Of a DNA stretch of 64,000 nt, positions 37,038-47,822 are shown piece by piece. Below the pieces are notes generated by a model that did no database searches, was not told the DNA's origin, and saw only the letters and a program-made list of their open reading frames with translations. Origin of the DNA: an uncultured Fibrobacterota bacterium (GTDB lineage Bacteria > Fibrobacterota > Chitinivibrionia > Chitinivibrionales > FEN-1185); the NCBI GenBank assembly GCA_963753345.1, contig CAVWBU010000018.1, positions 1 through 64,000 of the forward strand. The letters are read 5' to 3'. Position 1 is the first letter of the stretch, and every line of letters starts with the position of its first letter. A program made the position numbers and the translations under genes.

Positions 37038-38311
37038 TCTTGGCTCCACACAAGCATAAACGCTTTGCCGCCGGCTCCCTTGCGGGAGCAGGCGTTTTTG
37101 TCATCATCATGGCATTCTGCGCAATTGCGGCCGGCCCGCGGCTTGTCAACGAACTGTCCGGCAAGGAGCGGCCCCTCGCCGTTGTCGCCCGCAACGGGAC
37201 CGCGTGCGTGTCGCTCACCGACGTCTGCGACGGTCTCGGGCTCGCCTGGAAATGGGACTTTAGCGCGGAAAAGCTCACGTGCTCGGCAAAGGGGCTGCGG
37301 CTCGCCTTTGTCCAGGGCATGCCGTTCTATCTTGTCAACGATACGCTCCGCCAGATGCCCGCCGAACCCGTCCGCGTCGGCGGCCTGCTCTATGCGCCCG
37401 CCGTGATGCTGGCCTCGGTCTTTTCCCGTGCAACCGGCGATTCCCTGCTCTGGCGCGAGGAGGATTCGGCCATGGTCGTGTCGGCCCGCGTCGCGGGCCC
37501 GGCCGCGGAAAAGCCTCCTGCCGATACCGCCAAGGTCGCAAAGGCCCGCGACACTTTGGCGCGGCCGCATGACACGGTCACCCGGTCGAAACAGCCGCAG
37601 CAGGAGGTGGTGAGGACCATCGTGATCGATCCGGGGCATGGCGGCATGGACCCGGGCGCGATAGGCCAGAATGGCATCGAAGAAAAGAAAGTGGTGCTCG
37701 ACATCGCGCTTGCGCTGCGCGATCTGTTCAAAAAGAAGACAAAGCTTACCGTGTATCTCACCCGCGATGCCGACCGGTTTGTTCCCCTGGTGGACCGCAC
37801 GAAGTTTGCAAACGAGAAGAAGGCCGACATCTTCGTGAGCATACACGCGAACAGCATCGAGGGGAACAAGAAGAAGAAGGACGGAACGCGCGGCTACAAG
37901 GTGTATTTTCTTTCCGAGGCGAAAAACGAGGAAGACAAACTGGCGGCCATGCGGGAAAACGCGGTGATCGAGCTGGAAGACAAGACGCATAAGTACGACA
38001 ACCTGCAGGATATCCTGATTCAAATGGCGGGAAACGAGTTTCTTCGCGAGAGCCAGGATTTTTCAATCATGCTCACCGAGACGTTCTCCTCATGCCTCAA
38101 GAGCATTCCGCGTCTGCACCTGGGGATCGGGCAAGCGAACTTCTGGGTGCTCAACGGAACCTACATGCCGTCGGTGCTCGTGGAAGTCGGATTCATCTCC
38201 AACCCGCAGGAAGAAAAGGACCTTAACGATCCTCCGGTGCAGAAATCCATTGCGTCGGGCATTTTCGAGGCGGTGATGAACTTCAAGAAGAAATACGAGG
38301 AAGGCCAATGA
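37034..38311 (+). CDS. N-acetylmuramoyl-L-alanine amidase (Amidase_3)
   Basis: IDPGHGGMDPGA, EK, SIHANS, PSVLVEVGFISN. Confidence 0.93.
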   Translation: MILAPHKHKRFAAGSLAGAGVFVIIMAFCAIAAGPRLVNELSGKERPLAVVARNGTACVSLTDVCDGLGLAWKWDFSAEKLTCSAKGLRLAFVQGMPFYLVNDTLRQMPAEPVRVGGLLYAPAVMLASVFSRATGDSLLWREEDSAMVVSARVAGPAAEKPPADTAKVAKARDTLARPHDTVTRSKQPQQEVVRTIVIDPGHGGMDPGAIGQNGIEEKKVVLDIALALRDLFKKKTKLTVYLTRDADRFVPLVDRTKFANEKKADIFVSIHANSIEGNKKKKDGTRGYKVYFLSEAKNEEDKLAAMRENAVIELEDKTHKYDNLQDILIQMAGNEFLRESQDFSIMLTETFSSCLKSIPRLHLGIGQANFWVLNGTYMPSVLVEVGFISNPQEEKDLNDPPVQKSIASGIFEAVMNFKKKYEEGQ

Positions 38312-39138
38312 GCGACCCGAGGCCCATCGGCATGTTCGATTCCGGGCTCGGCGGGCTTACGGTGGCACGCGAGGTGTTCCGGTGCATGCCCGGCGAATCG
38401 GTGCTGTACCTCGGCGATACCGCGCGCTGCCCGTACGGCGGCCGCTCCGAAGAAACCATACGCACCTTCGGCATCCAGGATGCCCGTTTCCTCATGGAGC
38501 AGGATATCAAGATGCTCATTGTCGCGTGCAACACCGTGTCGTCGGTGGCGCTCGATTATATACGCGAGGAGATCAACGAGATCCCCGTGGTGGGCGTGGT
38601 GCTTCCGGGAGCGCGCGCGGCCGTCAAGCGCACCACGCGCAGGAAAATAGGAGTCGTGGGAACGGCGGCCACCATCGGAACCGGATCGTACGAGAAGGCG
38701 ATCCATGCCATAGACCCGGATATCAAGACCTATGCCAAGGCCTGTCCGCTGTTCGTGCCGCTGGTCGAGGAAGGATTGCTCGACGCGGACATCACGAAAC
38801 TGGCGGCGCAGCGCTATCTTGCCGATCTTGTCGCAATGGGAATCGACTGCCTGATCCTCGGCTGCACGCATTACCCGCTGCTCCTCGAAACCATCCAGAG
38901 CGCGGTGGGCGGGAGCATCCAGCTGCTCGACAGCGCGCTGTGGGCGGCGCGCGAGGCGCGCGACATCCTGTTCGCCATGCAGGGGCTTAGCGACGGGCGT
39001 GAGGGCGGCATGGCGCATAGCCGCTTTTTTGTGACCGACGTAACGCCGCAGTTCGCGCAGAGCGCGGCGAGGTTTCTGGGTGCGCCGCTGCCGGCCATGG
39101 AAAAAATAGAGCTCGAACAGTTGACAAAAACGATATAA
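38308..39138 (+). CDS. murI: Glutamate racemase
   Basis: FDSGLGGLTV, PYG, ACNT, LGCTHYP. Confidence 0.97.
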   Translation: MSDPRPIGMFDSGLGGLTVAREVFRCMPGESVLYLGDTARCPYGGRSEETIRTFGIQDARFLMEQDIKMLIVACNTVSSVALDYIREEINEIPVVGVVLPGARAAVKRTTRRKIGVVGTAATIGTGSYEKAIHAIDPDIKTYAKACPLFVPLVEEGLLDADITKLAAQRYLADLVAMGIDCLILGCTHYPLLLETIQSAVGGSIQLLDSALWAAREARDILFAMQGLSDGREGGMAHSRFFVTDVTPQFAQSAARFLGAPLPAMEKIELEQLTKTI

Positions 39139-39156
39139 CATCCGCAAGGAGGAACC

Positions 39157-39909
39157 ATGTCTGGTCATTCCAAATGGGCCAAAATCAAAAGGTCCAAGGG
39201 AAACGCGGACGCTGCAAGAGGCAAGATCTTCAGCCGTCTGATCCGTGAAATCACCATTGCCGCGCGCATGGGCGGCGGCAACCCGGACGGAAACCCGCGT
39301 CTCCGCTCCGCAATCGCCTCGGCCCGCACGGCGAACATGCCCAACAAGAACGTGGAAAACGCGATCGCCAAGGGCACGGGAACGCTCGACGGCGTCATGT
39401 ATGAAGAGTTCACCCTCGAAGGGTACGCGCCGGGCGGCGTCGCCGTGCTTGTCGAATGCATGTCGGACAACCGCAACCGTACCGTTTCCGAAGTCCGCCA
39501 CGCCATGACCATGGGCGGCGGCAACCTGGCGGCGGTGAACTCCGTTTCGTGGATGTTCAAACCCCAGGGCGTCATCCTGATTGACACAAAGGCCAAGGAC
39601 GAGGACACCCTCATGGAAGTGGTGCTCAATGCCGGCGCCGACGACATGGCGCTTGACGGCGACGAATACGAGATCACCACGCGGATCGAGGCGTTCGAAA
39701 ACGTGCGCGCGGCGCTGGAAAAGGCCGGCATCACGCCCATCAGCGCGGAACTCACCAAGGTGCCGGACAACATGGTGAAGCTCGACGAGGACAAGGCGAT
39801 CAAGGTGCTCCGCCTCATCGACGAGCTCGACGAGCTCGACGACGCCCAGCACGTCTACAGCAATCTTGACGTGAGTGAAGAAGTGCTCGAAAAATATGCT
39901 AAGGCGTAA
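39157..39909 (+). CDS. yebC: YebC/PmpR family protein
   Basis: MSGHSKWAKIK...NPRLR...EGYAPGG...DNRNRT. Confidence 0.96.
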   Translation: MSGHSKWAKIKRSKGNADAARGKIFSRLIREITIAARMGGGNPDGNPRLRSAIASARTANMPNKNVENAIAKGTGTLDGVMYEEFTLEGYAPGGVAVLVECMSDNRNRTVSEVRHAMTMGGGNLAAVNSVSWMFKPQGVILIDTKAKDEDTLMEVVLNAGADDMALDGDEYEITTRIEAFENVRAALEKAGITPISAELTKVPDNMVKLDEDKAIKVLRLIDELDELDDAQHVYSNLDVSEEVLEKYAKA

Positions 39910-39923
39910 TTGAAAAATAATGG

Positions 39924-40405
39924 TGGGGGAGGTTTCCCCCTCGCTCCGGCCCGACACGCACCTTTATATTTCGATGAATTGTCTTATGCGTGTCGGTCCT
40001 CCGCTACCCCCTCCTGGGTGCACCCCTTGAGGGAGTAGTTGCAAAACCAAACACCTATGTGGGGGCACCCGAGGAGAGCGGCTGTACCGAGCACTTTCTT
40101 TACTTTGTGTCTTTGTCACTTCTTGCTATGCGGCGGCACCCACGAGCGATAGTTGGAGGGGGCAGTAGTATGTCCATGCCCCTCTCCAATAGGAGAGGGG
40201 ACGGGGGTGAGGTTGGTCGGACTTGGCGCGAGAAGATTAAATTGACAGAATAGATTCCCTATGCCGCGCGCCAGGCCGGACTGGAAGGTGAGCCATAGCG
40301 AATTGCCGCCTGATCCTTCGCCGTAGGCGACTAGGGACAGGCGGCAACGAGGCCATAGGCCGAGCCTGGAAGGAGGGCCGCCGCCGCGAAGCGGCGGGGC
40401 GCCCA
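39924..40405 (+). repeat. Modular intergenic repeat, copy D (between yebC and ruvC)
   Basis: Same termini and blocks. Confidence 0.85.
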
Positions 40406-40462
40406 ACTCTTATTTTATCTTGTCAAGATGGGAAACGCCCAGCTTTCTTTCCAAATTTTATT

Positions 40463-40960
40463 ATGATAATCATTGGAATCGACCCCGGAACAGCATACAC
40501 CGGTTACGGCGTGATCGAGGCCGAGGCCAACGCAGTGTCCTATGTCGACTGCGGGGTGATCCACATGAGCGCCAAGCTTGACATGCCGGAAAAGCTGGCC
40601 GGGATCTATAGCGGGCTCACCGCCATCATGAAGCGGTACGCGCCGGCGCGCGCGGCGGTCGAGGAGGCGTTCTACGCCAAGAACGTGCACACCACGCTCG
40701 TGCTCGGCCAAGCCCGCGGCGTGGCGCTCCTTGCGGCGCAGCAGTCGGGCGCCGAGGTCGCCGAGTATTCGCCGAGGGAGATAAAGAAACTGGTGACAGG
40801 CAACGGCAACGCCGCGAAAAACCAGGTGGAATACATGGTAAAGATGCTTCTGCGCGTGCCGCAAACGCAGTGCCACGCCGACGCGTTCGACGCGCTGGCC
40901 GCCGCGCTGTGCGATTTCCGCAGCCGGGCCGCCAGGACGCTTGCTGCATTGAGGCGGTGA
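40463..40960 (+). CDS. ruvC: Holliday junction resolvase
   Basis: IGIDPG, GQARG, TGNGNAAKNQV, DAFDALA. Confidence 0.96.
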   Translation: MIIIGIDPGTAYTGYGVIEAEANAVSYVDCGVIHMSAKLDMPEKLAGIYSGLTAIMKRYAPARAAVEEAFYAKNVHTTLVLGQARGVALLAAQQSGAEVAEYSPREIKKLVTGNGNAAKNQVEYMVKMLLRVPQTQCHADAFDALAAALCDFRSRAARTLAALRR

Positions 40961-40963
40961 CGC

Positions 40964-41569
40964 ATGTTCGATTATGTCAAGGGCATTCTGGCCGAGAAGT
41001 CCGTGGCCGGCGCCGTGGTGGAGACCGCGGGCGTGGGCTACGAACTGTCAATTCCCCTGTCGACGTTCGAGGCGCTCGGCGCGGAAGGCTCGCCGGTTAA
41101 GCTCTTTACGCACCACTATGTGCGCGAAGACGCGGAGAAGCTGTATGGGTTCTCGTCGAAGGCAGAGCGGGAAATCTTCCGCCAGCTCATCGCCATAAGC
41201 AACATAGGTCCCAAGACCGCCATAAGCATTTTATCCGGCGTCTCGCCGCAGGAGCTTGTCTCATGCGTCAACAGGGGCGACACGACACGGCTCCGCAAGA
41301 TCCCGGGCGTTGGCGACAAGACCGCGTCGCGGCTCATTATGGAGCTCAAGGGCAGGCTCGGAGCGGCCGCCGTAGCAGCGCCGCAGGCCGGCCCTCACGG
41401 CGAGGCGGTTGACAAAGGGGCAGGCGAACGGGGCCAGGCGTTCGACGCCATGGTGTCGCTGGGCTACACCGACAAGCAGGTGCAGGCTGCCCTGGCAAGA
41501 GTGGAATCCGTGATCGAGGCGGGCGCGCCGGTTGAGGAATGGATCAAGAAGGCGCTGCAGGTGATATGA
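40964..41569 (+). CDS. ruvA: Holliday junction branch migration protein
   Basis: GVGYE, HYVRED..LYGF, IGPKTA, PGVGDKTA. Confidence 0.96.
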   Translation: MFDYVKGILAEKSVAGAVVETAGVGYELSIPLSTFEALGAEGSPVKLFTHHYVREDAEKLYGFSSKAEREIFRQLIAISNIGPKTAISILSGVSPQELVSCVNRGDTTRLRKIPGVGDKTASRLIMELKGRLGAAAVAAPQAGPHGEAVDKGAGERGQAFDAMVSLGYTDKQVQAALARVESVIEAGAPVEEWIKKALQVI

Positions 41570-41575
41570 CAAGAG

Positions 41576-41603
41576 GTTGACAGTTTGCAGTTGACGGTTG
41601 ACA
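41576..41603 (+). repeat. Heptamer tandem repeat (gttgaca-like x4)
   Basis: gttgaca gtttgca gttgacg gttgaca. Confidence 0.7.
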
Positions 41604-41615
41604 GTGGAACATAGC

Positions 41616-42671
41616 ATGGACCCAGTCGAAAAAAACAACGGCAGCCGTATTGTGAGCGCCACAACCCGCGACGACGACGAATCGGGCGATGCAACACTCC
41701 GTCCCCAGCGGTTTGCCGACTTTGTCGGCCAGGAAAAGGAGAAGGAGAACATCGCGCTGTTCGTGGAGGCGGCAAAGAAGCGCAACGAAGCGCTCGATCA
41801 TATCCTGTTCACCGGGCCGCCGGGCCTTGGCAAGACCACCCTGTCCCGCATTCTTGCCAACGAGCTCGGCGTAAAGATCACCACTACCTCCGGACCGGTG
41901 CTCGAAAAACCCGGCGACCTGGCCGGGCACCTCACCAATCTTGCCGACCGCGACCTCCTGTTCATTGACGAAGTCCACAGGCTGCCGCACGTGGTCGAGG
42001 AATTCCTGTATCCGGCAATGGAAGATTTTGTGTTCGACATCATGCTCGGCGAGGGGCCGTCGGCGCAGTCGGTGCGGCTCAACCTCAAGCATTTCACGCT
42101 CGTGGGCGCCACCACGAGGCAGGGCATGCTCACCGCGCCCATGCTCGGCCGCTTCGGCTACGTGTGCCACCTCGGGTATTACAGCGCAAAGGAACTGCAG
42201 ACCATCGCCCTGCGGTCGGCGGGGATTCTCGGCGTAAAGTGCGACCAGGACGCGGCCCTGGAGCTGGGCCGCCGCGCCCGCGGCACGCCCCGCGTGGTGA
42301 ACCGGCTCCTGCGCCGCTGCCGCGATGTCGCGGAAGTAAAGGGCGCGGGCCGGGTGAATACGGAGGTGGTGAAGAAAACGCTTGCCATGCTCGGCATAGA
42401 CCCGGAAGGCCTTGACGAAATCGACAGGAAGATCCTGCTTTCCATTGTGGAACATTACGGCGGCGGCCCCGTGGGTCTCAACACCATCGCGGTGGTGGTG
42501 GGCGAGGAGCCGGAGACCATCGAGGAAGTGTACGAGCCGTTCCTCATCCAGAACGGGTTCCTCAAGCGCACGTCGCGCGGCAGGGAAGTGACGCCGCGGG
42601 TGTACTCGTATTTCAACCTTGATCCGAAAAAGTACGCGGGCCCGCAGGGGAATTTGTTTCAGGGGGAGTGA
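41616..42671 (+). CDS. ruvB: Holliday junction helicase
   Basis: LRP..F..FVGQ, GPPGLGKTTL, FIDEVHRL, RGTPR, YEPFL. Confidence 0.97.
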   Translation: MDPVEKNNGSRIVSATTRDDDESGDATLRPQRFADFVGQEKEKENIALFVEAAKKRNEALDHILFTGPPGLGKTTLSRILANELGVKITTTSGPVLEKPGDLAGHLTNLADRDLLFIDEVHRLPHVVEEFLYPAMEDFVFDIMLGEGPSAQSVRLNLKHFTLVGATTRQGMLTAPMLGRFGYVCHLGYYSAKELQTIALRSAGILGVKCDQDAALELGRRARGTPRVVNRLLRRCRDVAEVKGAGRVNTEVVKKTLAMLGIDPEGLDEIDRKILLSIVEHYGGGPVGLNTIAVVVGEEPETIEEVYEPFLIQNGFLKRTSRGREVTPRVYSYFNLDPKKYAGPQGNLFQGE

Positions 42672-42716
42672 AGAGTGAAAAGTTGAGAGTTTAGAGTTAA
42701 GAGTTGAGAGTGAAAG
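42668..42716 (+). repeat. Heptamer tandem repeat (gtkraga-like x7)
   Basis: gtgaaga gtgaaaa gttgaga gtttaga gttaaga gttgaga gtgaaag. Confidence 0.75.
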
Positions 42717-42803
42717 GAAAAGAGTAGGGCTGGCCGACTGTCCGCCTTTCGCGGCTGCGGCAGGAGCGTGGATGATTCCAGAAAATCAACCGGGAGTAGT
42801 ACC

Positions 42804-43022
42804 GTGAACTGGATGGACGTCGGCAGGTTTCTCATCATCGCGGGTACGGTCGTGATCGTGGTGGGCGTGCTGTTCCTCATGGCCGACAAATTCCCCATCG
42901 GCAGGCTGCCGGGCGACCTGCACTTCGGGGCGGGCCGCATAAGGATCTACATCCCCATCGCGACGTGCATTCTCCTCAGCGTCATCATCACCCTCATTGT
43001 CAATTTCTTTTCCAGAAAGTAA
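42804..43022 (+). CDS. DUF2905-like small membrane protein
   Basis: GRLPGD...YIPIATCILLS; gggag RBS before GTG. Confidence 0.85.
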   Translation: MNWMDVGRFLIIAGTVVIVVGVLFLMADKFPIGRLPGDLHFGAGRIRIYIPIATCILLSVIITLIVNFFSRK

Positions 43023-43028
43023 ACCTGC

Positions 43029-43310
43029 GTGGCCGTCAAGCGGATAGCCGTCACCGTTTCCGGACGCGTGCAGGGCGTTGGGTTCCGCTATTTTGCCAAG
43101 GACGCGGCGGATTCGCTGGGCCTTGCGGGCTGGGTGAGGAACAGTTTCGACAGGTCGGTGGAATGCGAGGCGCAGGGCGAGGACACGGACCTCGATGCGT
43201 TTTGCAACCGGCTCCGCGAAGGGCCGCCTTTGTCAAGGGTACAGGAGGTGACGGTGAACGAGATTCCGGTTGAGCAGGGCACGGGACCGGAATTTGAGAT
43301 TACGTTTTAG
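43029..43310 (+). CDS. acyP: Acylphosphatase
   Basis: VSGRVQGVGFRY...GWVRN...GPP. Confidence 0.96.
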   Translation: MAVKRIAVTVSGRVQGVGFRYFAKDAADSLGLAGWVRNSFDRSVECEAQGEDTDLDAFCNRLREGPPLSRVQEVTVNEIPVEQGTGPEFEITF

Positions 43311-43394
43311 CAATACATTCATTCTAACGCTCATGATGTTTCCATTCACCCACCTGCCGCAGGCCTTGGCCGCCCCGCTTCTATTTTGTATCCG

Positions 43395-46300
43395 TCAATG
43401 GCTACGCAATGTTTCCCCTCGCTGTTTCGATGACGACTTGACCGATGAGATCACCGGTGCTGTCAGGGCTCTTGAAAAACGGCGGTACATCGACGTCCAA
43501 TAGTTTGGCCTTGTGCCGTCTGAAATGCTCTTTGCGGAAGAAAGTTTTTTGTGCAGGCGTTCCACCTGCAGACAGAACGCCTCGATACGCGCCTCAATGA
43601 TCTGGGGAAACGGATTTCCGTCCGACTCAACGGACAAGAACGGCAGGGTTTCCGTGGCGCTCAATCCGAGTTTGGCGCTGCTTGCCGCGCCATCAAAGGC
43701 CACCTTGTTCTCCATGGTGGATTCGGCCGACAGCACGGCCTCGATGACCCTTGTCGCCATGCATGCAAAGGGCCCGATGGAAATGACACCCTGGACATGG
43801 CGTAAAATGTCCTTGAAAAAACAACCGACCACCAAAATCGCCTCCCCGGTGAACCGGACGTCGAAGAATTTCTTCCCGTAATCCATTATCGCGTCCATTT
43901 CAACGAGTTCGTATTCGTAAAGACCCGATGCTGCGAGTATCCGCTTGATTCTTCTTTCATAGCGGTTCTGCAGCAGGCGCTTGGCCTCAAATTCCATTTT
44001 CCCTTTTATGCCGAAGGACGCTTCGTAGATATTGTTCCCCACATTGTAATCACAATAGGTCAGCCATTCGAGCACATGCGCCCTTTTTGCGATGATGTCG
44101 CGTTTGGCAAGACGCTCCACAAGGTCCTGGCATGAGAAATACTCCCTGCGGACGAATATTTCCCCAAGCAGCGACACGACCTTGGCTTCGTGCAGCGGAT
44201 ACCGCAGGGGAATTGCCGCAAGCTCCGCGGCAACGCTCTCCAGGAGAGGATACAGGCCCTTGCCGCGTTTTTCGGAAAACAGGGTAAGGATTCTTTGCCA
44301 CTGTCCCTCAAAGACGCGGGATGCTTCCTCCTTGTCAACAGCCAGAACCGTCAGGGCGTTCTTAATGTCTTCCATGATGTCGGAAATAATGATGGATTTC
44401 AAGATGTTGAGCACGTCGGACATGGCCAGTCCCGCATAGCCGTTTTCGTTGGTCAGGCTAAGCAGCGCGACATTGTTGATCCCGTTTTTCCGGATGAGCT
44501 TGTTGAGAAAGACCTGGTACTGGGTAAACCTGCAATTGCCGGGGCATGTCGGCATGAAATAGACAAGATACTCGTCCGGGTCTCTGGGTCTGCGCAGGTA
44601 CTCGAGAAGGCCCCCGGCGGTAAGCAGGAGCGGCAGACATTCCTTGCACGATGCGTGCCCACGGCCCAGCTTGAGCGCCTCAAAATCATATACAGGAATT
44701 TCAGAGGACCGGATACCGCTTCCGTTAAAAATCGCCGACACGGTCTCGCTGCCCAATCGCCCCATGGAGGGAAGGAGAAGATGCACTTTCTTGTCATAGA
44801 GACTGACTTTTTCCCCCGAGGAGGCAATGAATAATGGCTTGCCGTTTTCGAAGCTGATGGCCGCCGGCGAAAACTCTGTTTGCGCCCGGGCGTCCAGGCT
44901 GATGCCGCGGTATTTATTTACAATGTCAAGAAACGCCTCGATCCGCGTATTGACACCTGCGTCGGCGGTATGGCTGTCCAATTCCAGCGTCAGCGACGGT
45001 TTTGTCTTCATGATATCGCGGAAATAGCCCACCAAGAACGAATCAGGGCCGCAACTGAAATTGGTGATATAGGTGCCGAACAACTGGGGATGTCTTTCAA
45101 CGACCTGGGAGACTTTCATCAAATTTTGCCCGAGCGCCCAGCACATGTCCATGGAACAGGATTCCTGCTCGAATTGCAGGAAATCCCACGGAATGATATG
45201 CACCCCGCGCGAGGCGAATTTTGCCGGTATCCCGAGATTGGCCTCTTTTGCAAAAGCATTGTACGGCCTGCCGAAAAGGACTATGGCCGACTCATCGGGG
45301 TTCTTTTCCAGTTCCCGCAGCCAGGCGGCGCCGATTTCCTTGAGTTTTGCAAAGAATTCCCTTTGCTTTACAACGGCAAATGCGTAGGCTTCCTCGCCTT
45401 CCGACGCCGATTTTCCCAACGCCGTTGCAAGCCCTGCAAAGATTTCCTTTTGCGTGTCCCAGCCCTGCGCGAAATCGATGGTAGGTGAAAGGATACGGGC
45501 CTTATTGGCAACGTCCTTGAATGCGCTCTTCAGGCAATACGGTTCGCTCTGAAGCAGCAGGCAGGTGGTCTGGTGTTCGCGTTTCCTGCTCATTGCATTT
45601 TCGACATACAGTTCGAGTATCTTGGGCAGAAAAATATAATCGAGGTCCTTTTTGACAAGATTGTAGTAACTGCCGTGTGAAATCTCGCCGGGGTAGCACA
45701 GCGTGGTCCGCTTGCGTTTGATACCTGCGGGGTCAACGTTGTCGGACAGCTCGACGCGCGCGCCGAGCCGGGCAAAGAAGTGGGAAAACATCGGGAACAG
45801 CATATTGGTCAAGAACGATCTGCTTATTCCCACGCGCGGGCCGCTGCCTTCACTATTCTTGCCTGCGAACGTTTCGAAGGCAAGCTCCTGTCGGATCTTG
45901 ACGTAATCGAACTTTGACGCGTCAAAGCTCACATGGTGGATTAGGTTGTAGTATTTATTGCACGCGCCGCCGAAGGGATACTTTTCGCCGTCGATGATCA
46001 TCATGTTGATTTCGCAACCGCGGTCGCATTTTTCCGCCCCGCCTGCGCAGGTGAACGTCCGTCCGTATTCGATTTCCCGGTGGAACAGTTTTTTCAAATC
46101 AAACGTCTTTTTCGGGCATTGTCCGCGCGCGATCCGGTTCTTTACCTCAAGCGCCACACCGAACGCGCCCATGAGTCCCGGCTCCGGCGGCACAACGATT
46201 TCCTTGCCCACGAGGTTGGCCATGGCAAGGGGCACCGCCTTATTGTAGCACACGCCGCCCTGCATGAATATCTTTTTGCCCGATGAGCGCTGTCCCTTGA

Positions 46301-47822
46301 CACGGTTGACATAGTTCATGCAAATGGAATACACGAGCCCCGCGACAATATCTTCCCTGTCAATGCCCTCGTTGGACGCCGTTTTGATGTCGGAACTGAT
46401 GAACGCCGCGCATTGGTCGTTAAAGTTAGGGGGGCGCTGCCCCGCCAGGGCGATTTTTTCGATATCGCGATAATCGATCCCGCAGCTCTCGTGCGCCGAT
46501 TCCTCCAAAAAGGAACCCGTTCCCGCGGAACAGGCCTCGTTCATGGCATAGTCGGACGGCACGCCGTTGGTGAGGTACGTATATTTGGCGTCCTGCCCGC
46601 CGATTTCAAAAATGGTGTCCACGTCCCGGTCGTAGTAGGCGGCCGCCGTAGCATGGGCGATGATCTCGTTGATCACCGAGTCGGTTGACGCATGCAATGC
46701 CGCGATCTGCCTTCCGGAACCGGTGGTGCCGAGTCCGACAATCGAAAGAGGGACGTTGATGTGCCGGTCGAGCTCCCAATAACATTCCCGGGAGGCCTTG
46801 ACCGGATTGCCGTTCGTGCGCAGATAAATGGAGCCGACTATGGCGTTGTCGCCGGTCCGCAACAGCACTGCTTTGGTCGTGGTCGAGCCGACATCCAGTC
46901 CGACAACGCATTCATCCCCGGCCTGCGCAACCGCTTCATGGGATTCTTCAAACCGCACGAGGCTGCTTGCATTTTTTAGAGGAGAGTGAATGTCAAAGGA
47001 AATTCTATCGGCCTTGAAGATATTGTGGGCATCGACGTTCCAGGTCACTTTGTTCTTCAAGGCGTAGTAGGCGACGCCCAGCGCCTCAAAAACATCGGCA
47101 TGTTCGGGAATAATAAGGTTTTCAATTTTTCCCCGCAAAAGGTCCATGACCACGGCATTGTTGGTGACGCCGCCGACAACAACAATGTTCTTCTTCTCGA
47201 CTTTTTCCAGGAGGTCGAGGATTTTGTCGGCCATCATGCCGCACAGTCCCGCGGTGACCCTTCCGATGGGGATCCCCTTGTTGAGCGCGTGGGTGCAATC
47301 GCTTTTGCAGAAAACCGAGCAGCGGCCGGAAACTTTGAACGGTTCGCAGCCGTGCGCCAGCTGAACCGCTTCATCGGCCGAAATGTTCATCCTGCGGATC
47401 TGCTGCAGGAAAAACTCTCCGGTCCCCGAGGCGCACTTGTTCCCGGTTTCCACGGTCGCGATGGCGCCGTTGTTGTCCAATAGGTAAACAATGAAACTTT
47501 CCGCGCCAAGGCTGGCGACGGCGGGATAGCGGGGAGCGTGGGGGTCGTTGGCTTTGACAAAAGAGATTCCGTATTCCAATGCCTCTGGTTCGGTGATCGA
47601 GGGCGCGTTGATGATGTCCCGGAATTTCCTTCCCGTGAGCATACCGTACGCAAAGTTCTCGATGTCCAGTTCGCGCAGAAGCCCGGTAAACACCTCGCGC
47701 GGGTTGCTTTCGTGGTTTCTAATGATGGTCTGGGCAACCCTGACAACGCCGTCCTCTTCGACGAGTTCCACGATTTTTATGTTCGTGGCCCCCAGACAAA
47801 TTCCGAGTGAGTTTGATTTCAA
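43395..47822 (-). CDS. Acyl-CoA dehydratase activase-like protein (two BadF/BadG/BcrA/BcrD ATPase domains + DUF2229-like region)
   Basis: KCASGTG, CSVFCKSD, GLDVGSTTTK, EIGGQDAK, MNEACSAGTG, NFSCGPD. Confidence 0.92.
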   Translation of the reverse strand: MKSNSLGICLGATNIKIVELVEEDGVVRVAQTIIRNHESNPREVFTGLLRELDIENFAYGMLTGRKFRDIINAPSITEPEALEYGISFVKANDPHAPRYPAVASLGAESFIVYLLDNNGAIATVETGNKCASGTGEFFLQQIRRMNISADEAVQLAHGCEPFKVSGRCSVFCKSDCTHALNKGIPIGRVTAGLCGMMADKILDLLEKVEKKNIVVVGGVTNNAVVMDLLRGKIENLIIPEHADVFEALGVAYYALKNKVTWNVDAHNIFKADRISFDIHSPLKNASSLVRFEESHEAVAQAGDECVVGLDVGSTTTKAVLLRTGDNAIVGSIYLRTNGNPVKASRECYWELDRHINVPLSIVGLGTTGSGRQIAALHASTDSVINEIIAHATAAAYYDRDVDTIFEIGGQDAKYTYLTNGVPSDYAMNEACSAGTGSFLEESAHESCGIDYRDIEKIALAGQRPPNFNDQCAAFISSDIKTASNEGIDREDIVAGLVYSICMNYVNRVKGQRSSGKKIFMQGGVCYNKAVPLAMANLVGKEIVVPPEPGLMGAFGVALEVKNRIARGQCPKKTFDLKKLFHREIEYGRTFTCAGGAEKCDRGCEINMMIIDGEKYPFGGACNKYYNLIHHVSFDASKFDYVKIRQELAFETFAGKNSEGSGPRVGISRSFLTNMLFPMFSHFFARLGARVELSDNVDPAGIKRKRTTLCYPGEISHGSYYNLVKKDLDYIFLPKILELYVENAMSRKREHQTTCLLLQSEPYCLKSAFKDVANKARILSPTIDFAQGWDTQKEIFAGLATALGKSASEGEEAYAFAVVKQREFFAKLKEIGAAWLRELEKNPDESAIVLFGRPYNAFAKEANLGIPAKFASRGVHIIPWDFLQFEQESCSMDMCWALGQNLMKVSQVVERHPQLFGTYITNFSCGPDSFLVGYFRDIMKTKPSLTLELDSHTADAGVNTRIEAFLDIVNKYRGISLDARAQTEFSPAAISFENGKPLFIASSGEKVSLYDKKVHLLLPSMGRLGSETVSAIFNGSGIRSSEIPVYDFEALKLGRGHASCKECLPLLLTAGGLLEYLRRPRDPDEYLVYFMPTCPGNCRFTQYQVFLNKLIRKNGINNVALLSLTNENGYAGLAMSDVLNILKSIIISDIMEDIKNALTVLAVDKEEASRVFEGQWQRILTLFSEKRGKGLYPLLESVAAELAAIPLRYPLHEAKVVSLLGEIFVRREYFSCQDLVERLAKRDIIAKRAHVLEWLTYCDYNVGNNIYEASFGIKGKMEFEAKRLLQNRYERRIKRILAASGLYEYELVEMDAIMDYGKKFFDVRFTGEAILVVGCFFKDILRHVQGVISIGPFACMATRVIEAVLSAESTMENKVAFDGAASSAKLGLSATETLPFLSVESDGNPFPQIIEARIEAFCLQVERLHKKLSSAKSISDGTRPNYWTSMYRRFSRALTAPVISSVKSSSKQRGETLRSH

